A DNA stretch of 64,000 nt, taken from contig CAWIJG010000002.1 of assembly GCA_963836315.1 (NCBI GenBank), positions 867,001 through 931,000 of the forward strand. The letters run 5' to 3'. Under the pieces are notes generated by a model. It did not search any database. It had not been told where the DNA came from and saw only the letters and a program-made list of their open reading frames with translations. Below are positions 1 through 8,526 of the stretch, piece after piece. Both the position numbers and the translations under genes were made by a program. How positions within the stretch are numbered: the first letter of the stretch is position 1; each line of letters opens with the position of its first letter. This DNA is from an uncultured Verrucomicrobiae bacterium (GTDB lineage: Bacteria; Verrucomicrobiota; Verrucomicrobiia; Palsa-1439).

Positions 1-362
1 GGATGGTGGTTTCTTGGTTCATGGTGTGTCCTTTTAACTCACACACTTATCCACACCAAGTGTCCACCAAATCGGGGCAAGGGCAGTTTACACTGGCCAG
101 CCACGGAGTGAATTCTTACCATCAGAGACTCGATCTGCTGCCCTCGTACTTCAAATTCCATCCACGCATCACCAGTCCCGCCGCCCGCTTTTCGTTATCA
201 TTCTGAGCCGACGCTCCGCCACGTCCCCGGCCGCCTCCCCGCTCCGAGTCGTTTGCGGAACTGAATTCTGGTTCTTCCTTCAACCTCCCGTCTCCCGGCT
301 CGCGTGTCGTTTACGGAGTCTGTCTCCTGAATCCTCTCGCTCCACACCACCCGTCGCCCGCC

Positions 363-389
363 ATGATATGCTCCAGTGGAGCATATCAT
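363..389. repeat. 27-bp perfect palindrome ATGATATGCTCCA-G-TGGAGCATATCAT (13-bp arms)
   Basis: Read directly: 363-375 is the exact reverse complement of 377-389. Lies in an ORF-poor region. Confidence 0.9.
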
Positions 390-499
390 TCAAAAGGGGG
401 GAGTCGTTGACCTCTGACATATTCCGGTTTGCAGGCCGCTCAGTCCCTTACCCCGCCTCTTTCCGATCATCGTCCCTCAATGCCACAGCCGAATGCCTG

Positions 500-520
500 A
501 GACATCAGTATCTGATGTCT
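500..520. repeat. Inverted repeat / hairpin AGACATCAG-tat-CTGATGTCT (9-bp arms, 3-nt spacer)
   Basis: Read directly from sequence; arms are exact reverse complements. Confidence 0.8.
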
Positions 521-931
521 GAAGCCGGGCGTTGTCCCGATTTGAACTGGCTAAATTCAGCTTCCAGTCGCATTCTCTCGTCAAGCCAGCCAGGGCATGG
601 TGATAATCAGGAGCGTTTATGAAGTTCAGAATAATCCTGCCGAGTATCTACGCGATTCTTTACATCAATATCGGTTATTGTGGTGCTCACCGCGAAGGGG
701 ATGTTTGCGGGGTTTTGGTCAATTTGTGTGACTACTCCCTGGAGTGAACTTCTGCCATTGTTGCTCTATAAACTCTTTGAACCGCTTCCCCCGAATCCGT
801 GGTTTACGTGGTCTGTTCAAATCGCTTTTGCCGCATTCAACGGGCTGATTTATTTCTTTACTGGGTGGGGAATTGATAGCTGGCTGGCGTCGCGCAAACG
901 GTAGTTATCGCACCATCTACCACACGGGAAG

Positions 932-974
932 CCGAGTCCGACGGAGCCGAAACGAAGCTAAACCGAGTCCGACG
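932..974. repeat. 12-bp direct repeat CCGAGTCCGACG, two copies (932-943 and 963-974)
   Basis: Read directly; copies are identical and 31 bp apart, within the ORF-poor leader region. Confidence 0.7.
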
Positions 975-981
975 AGATGCC

Positions 982-1003
982 CTATCGGGCAAACGCCCGA
1001 TAG
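982..1003. repeat. Inverted repeat / hairpin CTATCGGGC-aaac-GCCCGATAG (9-bp arms, 4-nt spacer)
   Basis: Read directly; exact reverse-complement arms. No U-tract on either strand, so not a canonical terminator. Confidence 0.8.
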
Positions 1004-1266
1004 AGCAAATGCCGCACGTCGTACTCCCGCGGCAACCTCTGGCGCGACGGCGGACCCGCGTCCCCCGTCCCGATAGATGTCACGTGTCCGGCTGACGAAC
1101 CCACGCATCGTCAGACGAACCGTCTTGCCACCTCAACTCGCCGTGCGAAAAGCTTTATCCGCCTAAAAAGCCGTGCCCGACGACAGCACCCAGTCCGCCA
1201 ACAGGGTTTTGACACTGAAACTCTTCTTCTTGGTCTTATTATTGACAGTTTCACTGGCCGTGGCAC

Positions 1267-1683
1267 TCACCGTGACCGTCTCCAGCACCGGTACCCGGTC
1301 TTCGATAGCTTGACCTTGGAAATCTTCAGGCTTTTGACAGTGATGGTAATCCCCGGCGGGATCTGGGCCAGGACAAAATCCACCACGTTGCTTTCCAGCG
1401 CTGCCTGGCCGTCGGCGCCAACCGCCAGCGTCAGTTGTTTCGTCGTGTTTGTATAAGTTCCGTCGACCTCGTTGGTCCCGACCAGCAGACTCCACGTTCC
1501 GTCATCCAAAAACACGGCGGTCGCCGCGTTCGTCTCCGCCACTTTAAGCTTGCCGACCGATAATAGGTTTATGGCGTTCACGTCCCAGACTGAATTCGTG
1601 TTCGCGCCGAACGCCGCCAACTGCCCGATGAATCCCGCCAGACATGCCGCCACCAAACAAACAACCCCTGTGTGTTTCCTCAT
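1267..1683 (-). CDS. Hypothetical secreted protein (N-terminal signal peptide)
   Basis: 138-aa ORF with ATG at 1683. N-terminus MRKHTGVVCLVAACLAGFIGQLAAFGA is signal-peptide-like. No recognisable domain. Confidence 0.5.
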   Translation of the reverse strand: MRKHTGVVCLVAACLAGFIGQLAAFGANTNSVWDVNAINLLSVGKLKVAETNAATAVFLDDGTWSLLVGTNEVDGTYTNTTKQLTLAVGADGQAALESNVVDFVLAQIPPGITITVKSLKISKVKLSKTGYRCWRRSR

Positions 1684-1877
1684 GGTCCTGCCACCTTTCT
1701 AATTTGGCGCCGGATAACGGGCTCGCGTGTGTACACCACACCTCGCCTCGTTGCCAGACCCGGCAACCGGTTAAGTTTTCTCACGCCTGCGACGCCCGCA
1801 CCATTCCACAAGACAAGGCCCCCGTCAAGCCACTCCGCTCTATGGGGTCAACGCTCACTCACGCATTGCCTGTCCGG

Positions 1878-2717
1878 TCACTGCTCGCGCTGCATGAAGG
1901 GATTCCGTCTGCTCCGCGCCGTGAGCCGGTGGACATTGTCCCCCACCTTCCGCATCCACTCCAGCTCCTCCTCGGACAACGGGCCAAGTTCCAGCGTCTT
2001 GAGGTTGGCCTCCATCTGTTCCGCCGTCGCGGGTCCGGTCAGACAAACATCCACATCGGGATTCGAAAGCACGAACCGATAGCAGTCCACCGCACTTGGT
2101 GTCCGTAAGCCGATTGGCGTATTCCTCGGGTCGATCAGCGTCCCCCATCGAGTGCCGGTGTAGCAGACCACTCCCGCCTTCGGTTCGCCCTGCCTCTCCA
2201 GATACGGGAACGCCTCTTTCTCTGCCCCCCGGTGCGCGGCGTTGTAGCGCATCATCAGCACGTCCACTCGCAAGTCCCTCGCAAATTGCTGGAACATCCG
2301 CCGGTCGTGACCGGACACCGCGATGTGCCGAACCCGGCCACGCTCCCGCAGTTGCAGGGCTCTCTCCATCAGCCGAGGGGACAGCGGCCCGTTGTGCCAG
2401 CCCAGCAGCAGAATGTCGGCGTAATCCAACCGCAAGCCGCGCAGCCCCGATTCGATCCTGTGTCCGAGCAGGAGGCCATGGCGCGAATACGACTGCAGCA
2501 CCACCACGATCTTGTCCCGATGCCGACTCGCGATATGACGGATGGCGTCACCCATCCCTTTGCGCCGCGCGCTGCCCCAGTAGAAGTAGTTGCACCCACG
2601 CTCAAACGCCTGTTCGTACGCTCCGGCGGGTGCGCCGTATGAGGAGCCGAAACCCAGGCGGCCCACCCTCAGTCCGCTGCGGCCCAGCACCCGTGGCATT
2701 GTGAAACTATTCGTCAT
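1878..2717 (-). CDS. Aldo/keto reductase family oxidoreductase
   Basis: 279-aa ORF. Overall AKR-like sequence (LGFGSSYGAP..., YADILLLGWHN, RHIAVSGHD). ATG at 2717. Confidence 0.7.
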   Translation of the reverse strand: MTNSFTMPRVLGRSGLRVGRLGFGSSYGAPAGAYEQAFERGCNYFYWGSARRKGMGDAIRHIASRHRDKIVVVLQSYSRHGLLLGHRIESGLRGLRLDYADILLLGWHNGPLSPRLMERALQLRERGRVRHIAVSGHDRRMFQQFARDLRVDVLMMRYNAAHRGAEKEAFPYLERQGEPKAGVVCYTGTRWGTLIDPRNTPIGLRTPSAVDCYRFVLSNPDVDVCLTGPATAEQMEANLKTLELGPLSEEELEWMRKVGDNVHRLTARSRRNPFMQREQ

Positions 2718-2726
2718 TGCGTCGAA

Positions 2727-3623
2727 TCAAGCATGCAACTTCTTCTCCGGCCAATCTGCCAGTGGTGGAATCCCATCACGACCTCCCAGCCGCAGGCTCA
2801 CGCGGGCCGCCGCCCAAGCCCCGAAATCCAGACACCCCGCCGCATCCCAGCCTTGAACCAAACCGTAGATGAATCCCCCATGGAACACATCCCCGCACCC
2901 CGTGGTGTCCATGGCTTGCACCCGATAGGCGGGTCTCTCGATCACCCCGCCCCGATCCAACGCCACATATCCCTTCTCTCCAAGGGTGACTCCGACAACT
3001 CGTGGCCCCAACTCCGCCAGCCGACGGCAGGCCTCCAAGGGCCGGTCGTCGCCAATGAGGGCCCGGGCAAACGTCGCCGACGCCACAAAACAGTCGCTCT
3101 GCTTGGCCAATTCCAGCATCCCTTCCCGCAGGGTGCCGGCATCCACCACAACCTGAATCCCCGTTGCCCTCGCAATCTTCGCCGCCGCCAGCGACGCCTC
3201 GATGAACAGGCCGTCGGTGTGCAACACCCGCGCCGATCGAATGAGATCGTGATTCAGTTCGTTCGGCCCCAACGCCACTCCCGTTGGACGCCGCCAAAAA
3301 ATAGTGCGCTTTCCGGTTCCCGCCTCCACCGCGATGAACGCGAACTGGGACCCGCACCCACGACGAACCAGAAGCCCGGTCGTATCCACCCGCTCCTCAT
3401 CAAGGCTGCGTCTGATCTCCTCGCCGAACGAATCCTCGCCGATGACACCGGCGATCGCGCAGGAGATCCCCCAGCGAGACAACGCCACCAGCGCGGTGGC
3501 CACCGGTCCGCCGCCTTGCACGGTCATGTCTTTGAATTCGCACTTGGTATCGGCCTCCGGGTAGGACGGAACCAGGGCAAGGTGATCCAGTGCACACTGC
3601 CCCAGTCCGTAGACCTGAATCAT
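2727..3623 (-). CDS. PfkB-family carbohydrate kinase (ribokinase-like)
   Basis: 298-aa ORF with the PfkB signature DTTGCGDVFHGGFIYG near the C-terminus. ATG at 3623. Confidence 0.8.
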   Translation of the reverse strand: MIQVYGLGQCALDHLALVPSYPEADTKCEFKDMTVQGGGPVATALVALSRWGISCAIAGVIGEDSFGEEIRRSLDEERVDTTGLLVRRGCGSQFAFIAVEAGTGKRTIFWRRPTGVALGPNELNHDLIRSARVLHTDGLFIEASLAAAKIARATGIQVVVDAGTLREGMLELAKQSDCFVASATFARALIGDDRPLEACRRLAELGPRVVGVTLGEKGYVALDRGGVIERPAYRVQAMDTTGCGDVFHGGFIYGLVQGWDAAGCLDFGAWAAARVSLRLGGRDGIPPLADWPEKKLHA

Positions 3624-3811
3624 TGTCGTGTCACCGGTTCGTGGGACTTCCGTCCGGTAACCCGCTCGTAGGCTCTGCCGAACGGACAGATCCGTCCCTC
3701 GACTCTCCTGACGAACTCATACGCCAGGCCGCGCTGCTTGCGTCGCGCCTGATGGCAGACCGGACAGTTCTCGCACACCGTGGCGAGCACTTTGTCTTGG
3801 CGGGGGTTCAC
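3620..3811 (-). CDS. Possible small Cys-rich protein (CxxCxxC...CP), translationally coupled to the PfkB kinase
   Basis: 63-aa ORF whose TGA overlaps the kinase ATG (ATGA at 3620-3623). Motif VCENCPVCHQ...ICPFG. GTG start only; a plus-strand shadow ORF covers the same DNA. Confidence 0.2.
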   Translation of the reverse strand: MNPRQDKVLATVCENCPVCHQARRKQRGLAYEFVRRVEGRICPFGRAYERVTGRKSHEPVTRQ

Positions 3812-3940
3812 GTGTCGTCACAGTATCACCTCTGACCACGCTGACAAGTGTGGAACAACAGGAGTTCGCAGGTCGCTCACTTGACTTGCTTCGGAGACGG
3901 ACGAGTATTCTGACCATGCGGCATAAACACTCTGTTCGTC

Positions 3941-4903
3941 ATGAATGAAATCCTCGGGTTTATGGTTCGCCATGGGTTGCCGGTCTTGTTCGTGATCGTC
4001 TTCATCGAACAATTGGGCGTGCCTCTGCCGTCCCCGCCGTTTCTCTTGGCTGCGGGCGGTCTGGTGGGCATCGGCAAAATGAATCCCATGCTGGCGCTCC
4101 TTCTGGCTGCTGGGGGCTCGTTGGCGGCGGACACCATCTGGTTCTACCTCGGTCGCTATCGCGGCAGTCGCATCATAAAGCTTCTGTGCCGTATTTCGCT
4201 CGAGCCGGACACGTGTGTCTTGCGAACCGAGAACGTCTTCGCGCGCTACGGCACGCGCGGCATTGTGTTTGCAAAATTCATTCCGGGTCTTACCACTGTG
4301 ATGCCGCCGCTGGCAGGAATGTACGGGGTGAGCATCCGTCGGTTCCTCGCCTTCGACGGCCTTGGAGCGCTTCTTTATTCAGGGTGCTTCATTCTGCTGG
4401 GGCTTCTTTTCAGCAGCCAGCTCCAACAGGTGGCCGATGCGTTGGATCGACTGGGACGTGGCGCGCTTGTGCTGTTGGGGTCGCTTTTCGTGGCGTACAT
4501 CGCGTTTAAGTTCATCCAACGACAACGCGTGTTGCGGAAATTGCGCATCGCGCGAATTACCGCGGAGGAACTTCGTCAACGACAGGAAGGTGGTGAGGCG
4601 GTCTTCATCGTGGATCTGCGCTCGGAGTTGGCCGTCCAGGGCGACCCGTATCGCATTCCCGGCGCGCGGCATTTGCTCGCGGACAACGTCGAGAAATGGC
4701 TCCCCAATATCCCTCGCAATCAGGAGGTCATCCTCTATTGCTCGTGCCCAAATGAAGCCAGCGCCGCCCGTGCGGCGTTCATCCTCTACAGGCGCGGAAT
4801 CACCCGCGTCCGACCCCTGTTGGGAGGCTTGGATGCCTGGCGGGAGCGGAAATATCCGCTGGAACCGCACCTCGACTTCGCAGCCCAGGAACCAACCCGG
4901 TGA
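3941..4903 (+). CDS. DedA-family membrane protein fused to a C-terminal rhodanese domain
   Basis: 320 aa. N-terminal ~200 aa is DedA-like (FIEQLGVPLPSPPFLLAAG, multiple TM). C-terminal ~100 aa is rhodanese-like with a Cys loop (EVILYCSCPNEASAARAAFIL). Confidence 0.75.
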   Translation: MNEILGFMVRHGLPVLFVIVFIEQLGVPLPSPPFLLAAGGLVGIGKMNPMLALLLAAGGSLAADTIWFYLGRYRGSRIIKLLCRISLEPDTCVLRTENVFARYGTRGIVFAKFIPGLTTVMPPLAGMYGVSIRRFLAFDGLGALLYSGCFILLGLLFSSQLQQVADALDRLGRGALVLLGSLFVAYIAFKFIQRQRVLRKLRIARITAEELRQRQEGGEAVFIVDLRSELAVQGDPYRIPGARHLLADNVEKWLPNIPRNQEVILYCSCPNEASAARAAFILYRRGITRVRPLLGGLDAWRERKYPLEPHLDFAAQEPTR

Positions 4904-4954
4904 ATTCCGCCACCAATTCAGACCACCGCCTGATGCCGTAGTGTCTCAAGTTTC

Positions 4955-4971
4955 AAATCCGTTTCGGATTT
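4955..4971. terminator. Hairpin AAATCCG-ttt-CGGATTT between convergent genes (candidate bidirectional terminator)
   Basis: 7-bp stem, 3-nt loop, read from sequence. Sits between the DedA-rhodanese stop (4903) and the Usp stop (4975). No strong U-tract. Confidence 0.3.
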
Positions 4972-4974
4972 CAC

Positions 4975-5885
4975 TCACGCATCACTTGTCCCGGTGGCAC
5001 CGGAGGATTCTCCGGGGCGGTTCAGAAGGCGGTTGATCAGACCGCCGAGGCCGTGATCGGGTTCTGTATCGCCTCGCACCACTAGCACGGGTAATTCGGC
5101 ACGGTTGACGATTTCGCGGGTGATGTTGCCCATGATGTACCGGCGCAGCCGATCATGAGCAGGACAGGAACCGGACACTACCAAGCCGTATTCCGTGCGC
5201 TGCAATTCTGCCAGTAATTGATCCAGAACCAGGCCGTGTCGCAGGTGTACTTCGCACGGAACCGCCATCTTCTCGAGCAGCTCCTTCTGGTAGCGCAGGC
5301 AGCGACCGAGTTTGGAACTCGATTGCAGGATCTGGTCGACATCCTCTTCCGACTTGACCAGATTGGCATAGACGGCCGGCGGTTCCGCCAGAACGTGCAG
5401 CAAATCAACCGTCGTATTCACACACCGCGCAATCTCCCCGGCCATTTGCACCGCCGCGTCCGCTTTATGCGTGCCGCCATCGCATACCAGAATGCGACGC
5501 AGTTGGGTGCAATCGCCGATGACCACCAGCACCGGCGGTTCGACCGATTCGATGATCTTGTAGGCGCGGGCCGACACCCACAACGGTCCCCGGTCCCTTT
5601 GCGTACCGCCCCGACCACCACGAGATCGTATTTGGCCTCCCGCGTCCGCTTGATGATCTCACGCACGGGGCGGCCGGCCTTGGTGATCAACTCGGCATTG
5701 AGATGATACTCCTTCAGGATTTCTTGCGCTCGTCGAAGCGCCTGCAACACCGTGTCCTCCTGGCCCGCCTTTTCGACAATTCCCAGGATCGATGCCTCCG
5801 CCTGGCATGCCGCCGCAATCGATGCGCCAAATCGCACCGCGTTCTCCGCCTGGATTGAACCGTCGCTGCAGAAAAGGATTTTCAT
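4975..5885 (-). CDS. Tandem universal stress protein (two UspA domains), interrupted by an apparent 1-bp frameshift
   Basis: Domain 1 (MKILFCSDGS...DLVVVGA) is in the frame starting 5885. After a frame change within 5583-5612, the other frame continues the same domain (...VSARAYKIIESVEPPVLVV) and a full second domain (RRILVCDGG...ELPVLVVRGD). C4 runs at 5588-5591 and 5609-5612. Confidence 0.7.
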
Positions 5886-5901
5886 GCGTTCATCCGCTTC
5901 C

Positions 5902-6828
5902 TTAGAAATGGTGGCCTGTCATCAGGCTGTAAATGATCAGTCCGGCCCCGAGCAGCGGCAGGGGCACGAACGCCAGCCGGATGCGTGTGCCGTGAAAGTA
6001 CTGGGTCAACGTCGCCCCGATTTGCGCGCCGATGGCCGCGCCCGTGTGCATGACCAGCGCGATCAGGATGTCCACGTTGCCCTTGATGGCGTGTGTGAAC
6101 GTTCCGTAGCTCGCCGAAATCACTACTTCGAACAAATCGGTCCCGACCGCCACGTGCGTGGGCACGCCGAGTATGTACACCAGCGCCGGCATGCGGATGT
6201 AACCCGCCCCGCCGCCGAGGAATCCGCTGAACACCCCGCCGATATAGGCCACTCCCAGAATCGTCCACAACGAGATCTGCTGAATGCCGGAACTGGGCAG
6301 GGAAATCATCGGCGGAAAATGAAACCGATGGAACCTCTTGGCGATGTAGGCGATGGCCGACCGGTCTTGCTTGGGTTTGCCGGGTGTCGCGGATTTGGCG
6401 CCGACGGCTTCCTTCCCCATCTTCATGGTTTGCCAGCACTCCCACGCGATGAAGGACGAAATCCCGACGAGCACGATAACAAACGCGATGGCCACCACTA
6501 CGTCCACGTTCTTATGGCGCTTCAACTCCTGAATGATTTGCGCCCCGGTCTCGACCCCTACGATGGTGGCGGATGCCATGATCAACCCGAGCTTGATGTC
6601 CACGTTGCCCAGCGCGCGATGTTTCTTTGCCGCCACGATTGATTTTCCGACGATGTGCGCCAAATCCGTGCCCACCACGAAGTTCATCGGCACCCCGAAC
6701 GCGAACAGCGCCGGCCCCGCCAGAAAGCTTCCGCCAACGCCAAAAAAACCGCCGCAGATTCCTATAATGAATCCGATGATAATCAGGTAAACGGGATGGA
6801 TGTGGGTGCCGGAAATCAGGAAATCCAT
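5902..6828 (-). CDS. TauE/SafE family sulfite/anion exporter (DUF81)
   Basis: 308-aa polytopic membrane protein with two internally repeated halves and Gly-rich TM helices (GICGGFFGVGGSFLAGP, GGVFSGFLGGGAGYIRMP), typical of TauE/SafE. Confidence 0.75.
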   Translation of the reverse strand: MDFLISGTHIHPVYLIIIGFIIGICGGFFGVGGSFLAGPALFAFGVPMNFVVGTDLAHIVGKSIVAAKKHRALGNVDIKLGLIMASATIVGVETGAQIIQELKRHKNVDVVVAIAFVIVLVGISSFIAWECWQTMKMGKEAVGAKSATPGKPKQDRSAIAYIAKRFHRFHFPPMISLPSSGIQQISLWTILGVAYIGGVFSGFLGGGAGYIRMPALVYILGVPTHVAVGTDLFEVVISASYGTFTHAIKGNVDILIALVMHTGAAIGAQIGATLTQYFHGTRIRLAFVPLPLLGAGLIIYSLMTGHHF

Positions 6829-6831
6829 GTC

Positions 6832-7035
6832 TTACCTCTCCCGGCTCCGAATGACCCGCAACAGTGCGGTGGTGAGCATTTCCAACCCAACGCCCTGTAT
6901 GATGATCAACGCGAGCGCCACGATCGCGTACACGGTCTTGTTCTGGTCGAAGATGTGTTTGAGCCAGCCGCCGAGAAAATGGAGGACCAGAAAAAAATAT
7001 GCAAACACGAAAACGGCGTACACGCCCAATTCCAT
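6832..7035 (-). CDS. Small membrane protein (2 predicted TM helices) immediately upstream of TauE
   Basis: 67 aa from ATG at 7035 (MELGVYAVFVFAYFFLVLHFLGGW...). Its stop is 3 nt before the TauE start. A GTG at 7080 is an alternative start. Confidence 0.4.
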   Translation of the reverse strand: MELGVYAVFVFAYFFLVLHFLGGWLKHIFDQNKTVYAIVALALIIIQGVGLEMLTTALLRVIRSRER

Positions 7036-7188
7036 GAGGAACGAACTCAGTGACGCACTTTTCTTGGAGCGACTCGCCACGAGGTTTCTGTGACCTCCTT
7101 TACAGTCTCACTGTAGCATGTGTTGGGAAATCCGCTCAGAATTTAAGGCCGGCTGCGCCACCACCGTCGCCCGGTGCCGGGGAAATGC

Positions 7189-8418
7189 TCAAATTGCCGT
7201 GTCCATGATCTCGCCCGGAATCTTTTCCCCGGTGGCGATGGATTTTCCGCCAGCCAACCCCAGAGCCAGCGTGACCAGGCTCATCGCCGCGAACAGGCCG
7301 ACGCATCCCGGCCAGCCGCCGTTCAGCCAAAACCACGCGGGCAGCGCCGTGCCCACGCTGCCGCCGATGTAATAGAAAGTCACATACAGACCGGCGGCGG
7401 AAGAACGGGCGCGGCCCGCCACCTGGCCGGTTAGCACCGTCGCCGATGCTTGCGAGACAAACATGCCGGAGGAAAATATCGCCAGCCCGGCAATAACCGT
7501 CGGCAGCCAGTGTACCAGCGTCAATAGCAGCCCACTCAGGCTCATGCCCACGGCCAGCAACGCCGTGCGGCGAAAGCCGTTGCGATCCAGGAATCGTCCC
7601 GCCAGCGGGGTGACGACGCAGCCAAACAGATAGATGGAAAACACGCTGCCCAACTCGGCGGTGCTCAAACGAAACGGCGGGCGGGCGAGAAAAAAGTTCG
7701 CGTAGGTGAACACGCCCACCAGCGAGAACAGCACCGTGAAGCCCATGCAGCAAATCAAAAGCAGGCGCGGGTTTCGCAAATGCCCCCACGTGTCGCCGAG
7801 GGATTTGAACACATGCTGGCCGGGAACAAAATTCCTGGCCAGCGGCAGCCACTGCCGCACCGCCAACGCGCCCAGCAAATCCAAAACGCCCAATACGATG
7901 AACGCCGCATGCCAGTTCCAGTACGCGGCGATGACGCCGGTGAGAAATCGTCCCAGAAAACCCCCGAAAACCGTTCCCGCCACATACGCGGACATCACGG
8001 TGCCGGTCCTGCCCGCGAACTCCTCATTGATGTAGGCGATGATCACGGCGATGACGCCGGGGACGAATACCCCTTGCATGAAGCGCCAGAAAATAAGCGC
8101 GGACAGGCTTCGGGCCGTGGCCGCCAGCAGCGTGGGTACCGCCATCGCGAAAAGGGCGGGCACGATGACTTTCTTCCGCCCAATGCTTTCCGCAAGCAGG
8201 CCAATCACCGGGGCCGTGATGGCGACCGACAACGTGACGGCACCCACGGTCAAACTGACCTGTACCTCGGTCGCGTGAAAGAAGTTCTGGAAGAACGGCA
8301 GCAGCGGCTGCGTGCAATAGACGTTCAGAAACGTGCCGGCCCCCGCGATCATCGCGGCAAAAACGGCAAACCCAAACGGCTTTTCCGCCTGCGCCGCCGA
8401 TGTTGCGACCGAATTCAT
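7189..8418 (-). CDS. MFS transporter
   Basis: 409 aa, 12 predicted TM segments, MFS-like loop motif (AESIGRKKV). Confidence 0.8.
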   Translation of the reverse strand: MNSVATSAAQAEKPFGFAVFAAMIAGAGTFLNVYCTQPLLPFFQNFFHATEVQVSLTVGAVTLSVAITAPVIGLLAESIGRKKVIVPALFAMAVPTLLAATARSLSALIFWRFMQGVFVPGVIAVIIAYINEEFAGRTGTVMSAYVAGTVFGGFLGRFLTGVIAAYWNWHAAFIVLGVLDLLGALAVRQWLPLARNFVPGQHVFKSLGDTWGHLRNPRLLLICCMGFTVLFSLVGVFTYANFFLARPPFRLSTAELGSVFSIYLFGCVVTPLAGRFLDRNGFRRTALLAVGMSLSGLLLTLVHWLPTVIAGLAIFSSGMFVSQASATVLTGQVAGRARSSAAGLYVTFYYIGGSVGTALPAWFWLNGGWPGCVGLFAAMSLVTLALGLAGGKSIATGEKIPGEIMDTAI

Positions 8419-8526
8419 GAGTCAACAGCATAGGGGCGAAACGCGCGGAAAGGAAAATCAATAAAACGGGGCCAGCTCTTACTTTCGAAGCGCGAAATCC
8501 AAAACTTGTGTTTCGTTCCTCGTGTT

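Noticed and set aside
23-400. Known riboswitch in the purine-rich leader upstream of the edge gene
   Set aside because: No match by eye to TPP, cobalamin (B12 box), FMN, SAM, glycine, purine or c-di-GMP consensus elements. Needs a covariance-model scan to settle.
2733-3671. 312-aa plus-strand ORF antisense to the PfkB kinase
   Set aside because: Arg/Pro/Gly-rich low-complexity translation typical of shadow ORFs in high-GC DNA. The opposite-strand gene has a clear PfkB signature.
3590-3835. 81-aa plus-strand ORF between the kinase and DedA genes
   Set aside because: No start or RBS context and a low-complexity translation. It overlaps the (also uncertain) minus-strand Cys-rich ORF.
5752-6642. 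296-aa plus-strand ORF antisense to the TauE/SafE gene
   Set aside because: Composition is Arg/His/Asp-rich with no domain-like features. The minus-strand ORF is a convincing membrane protein.
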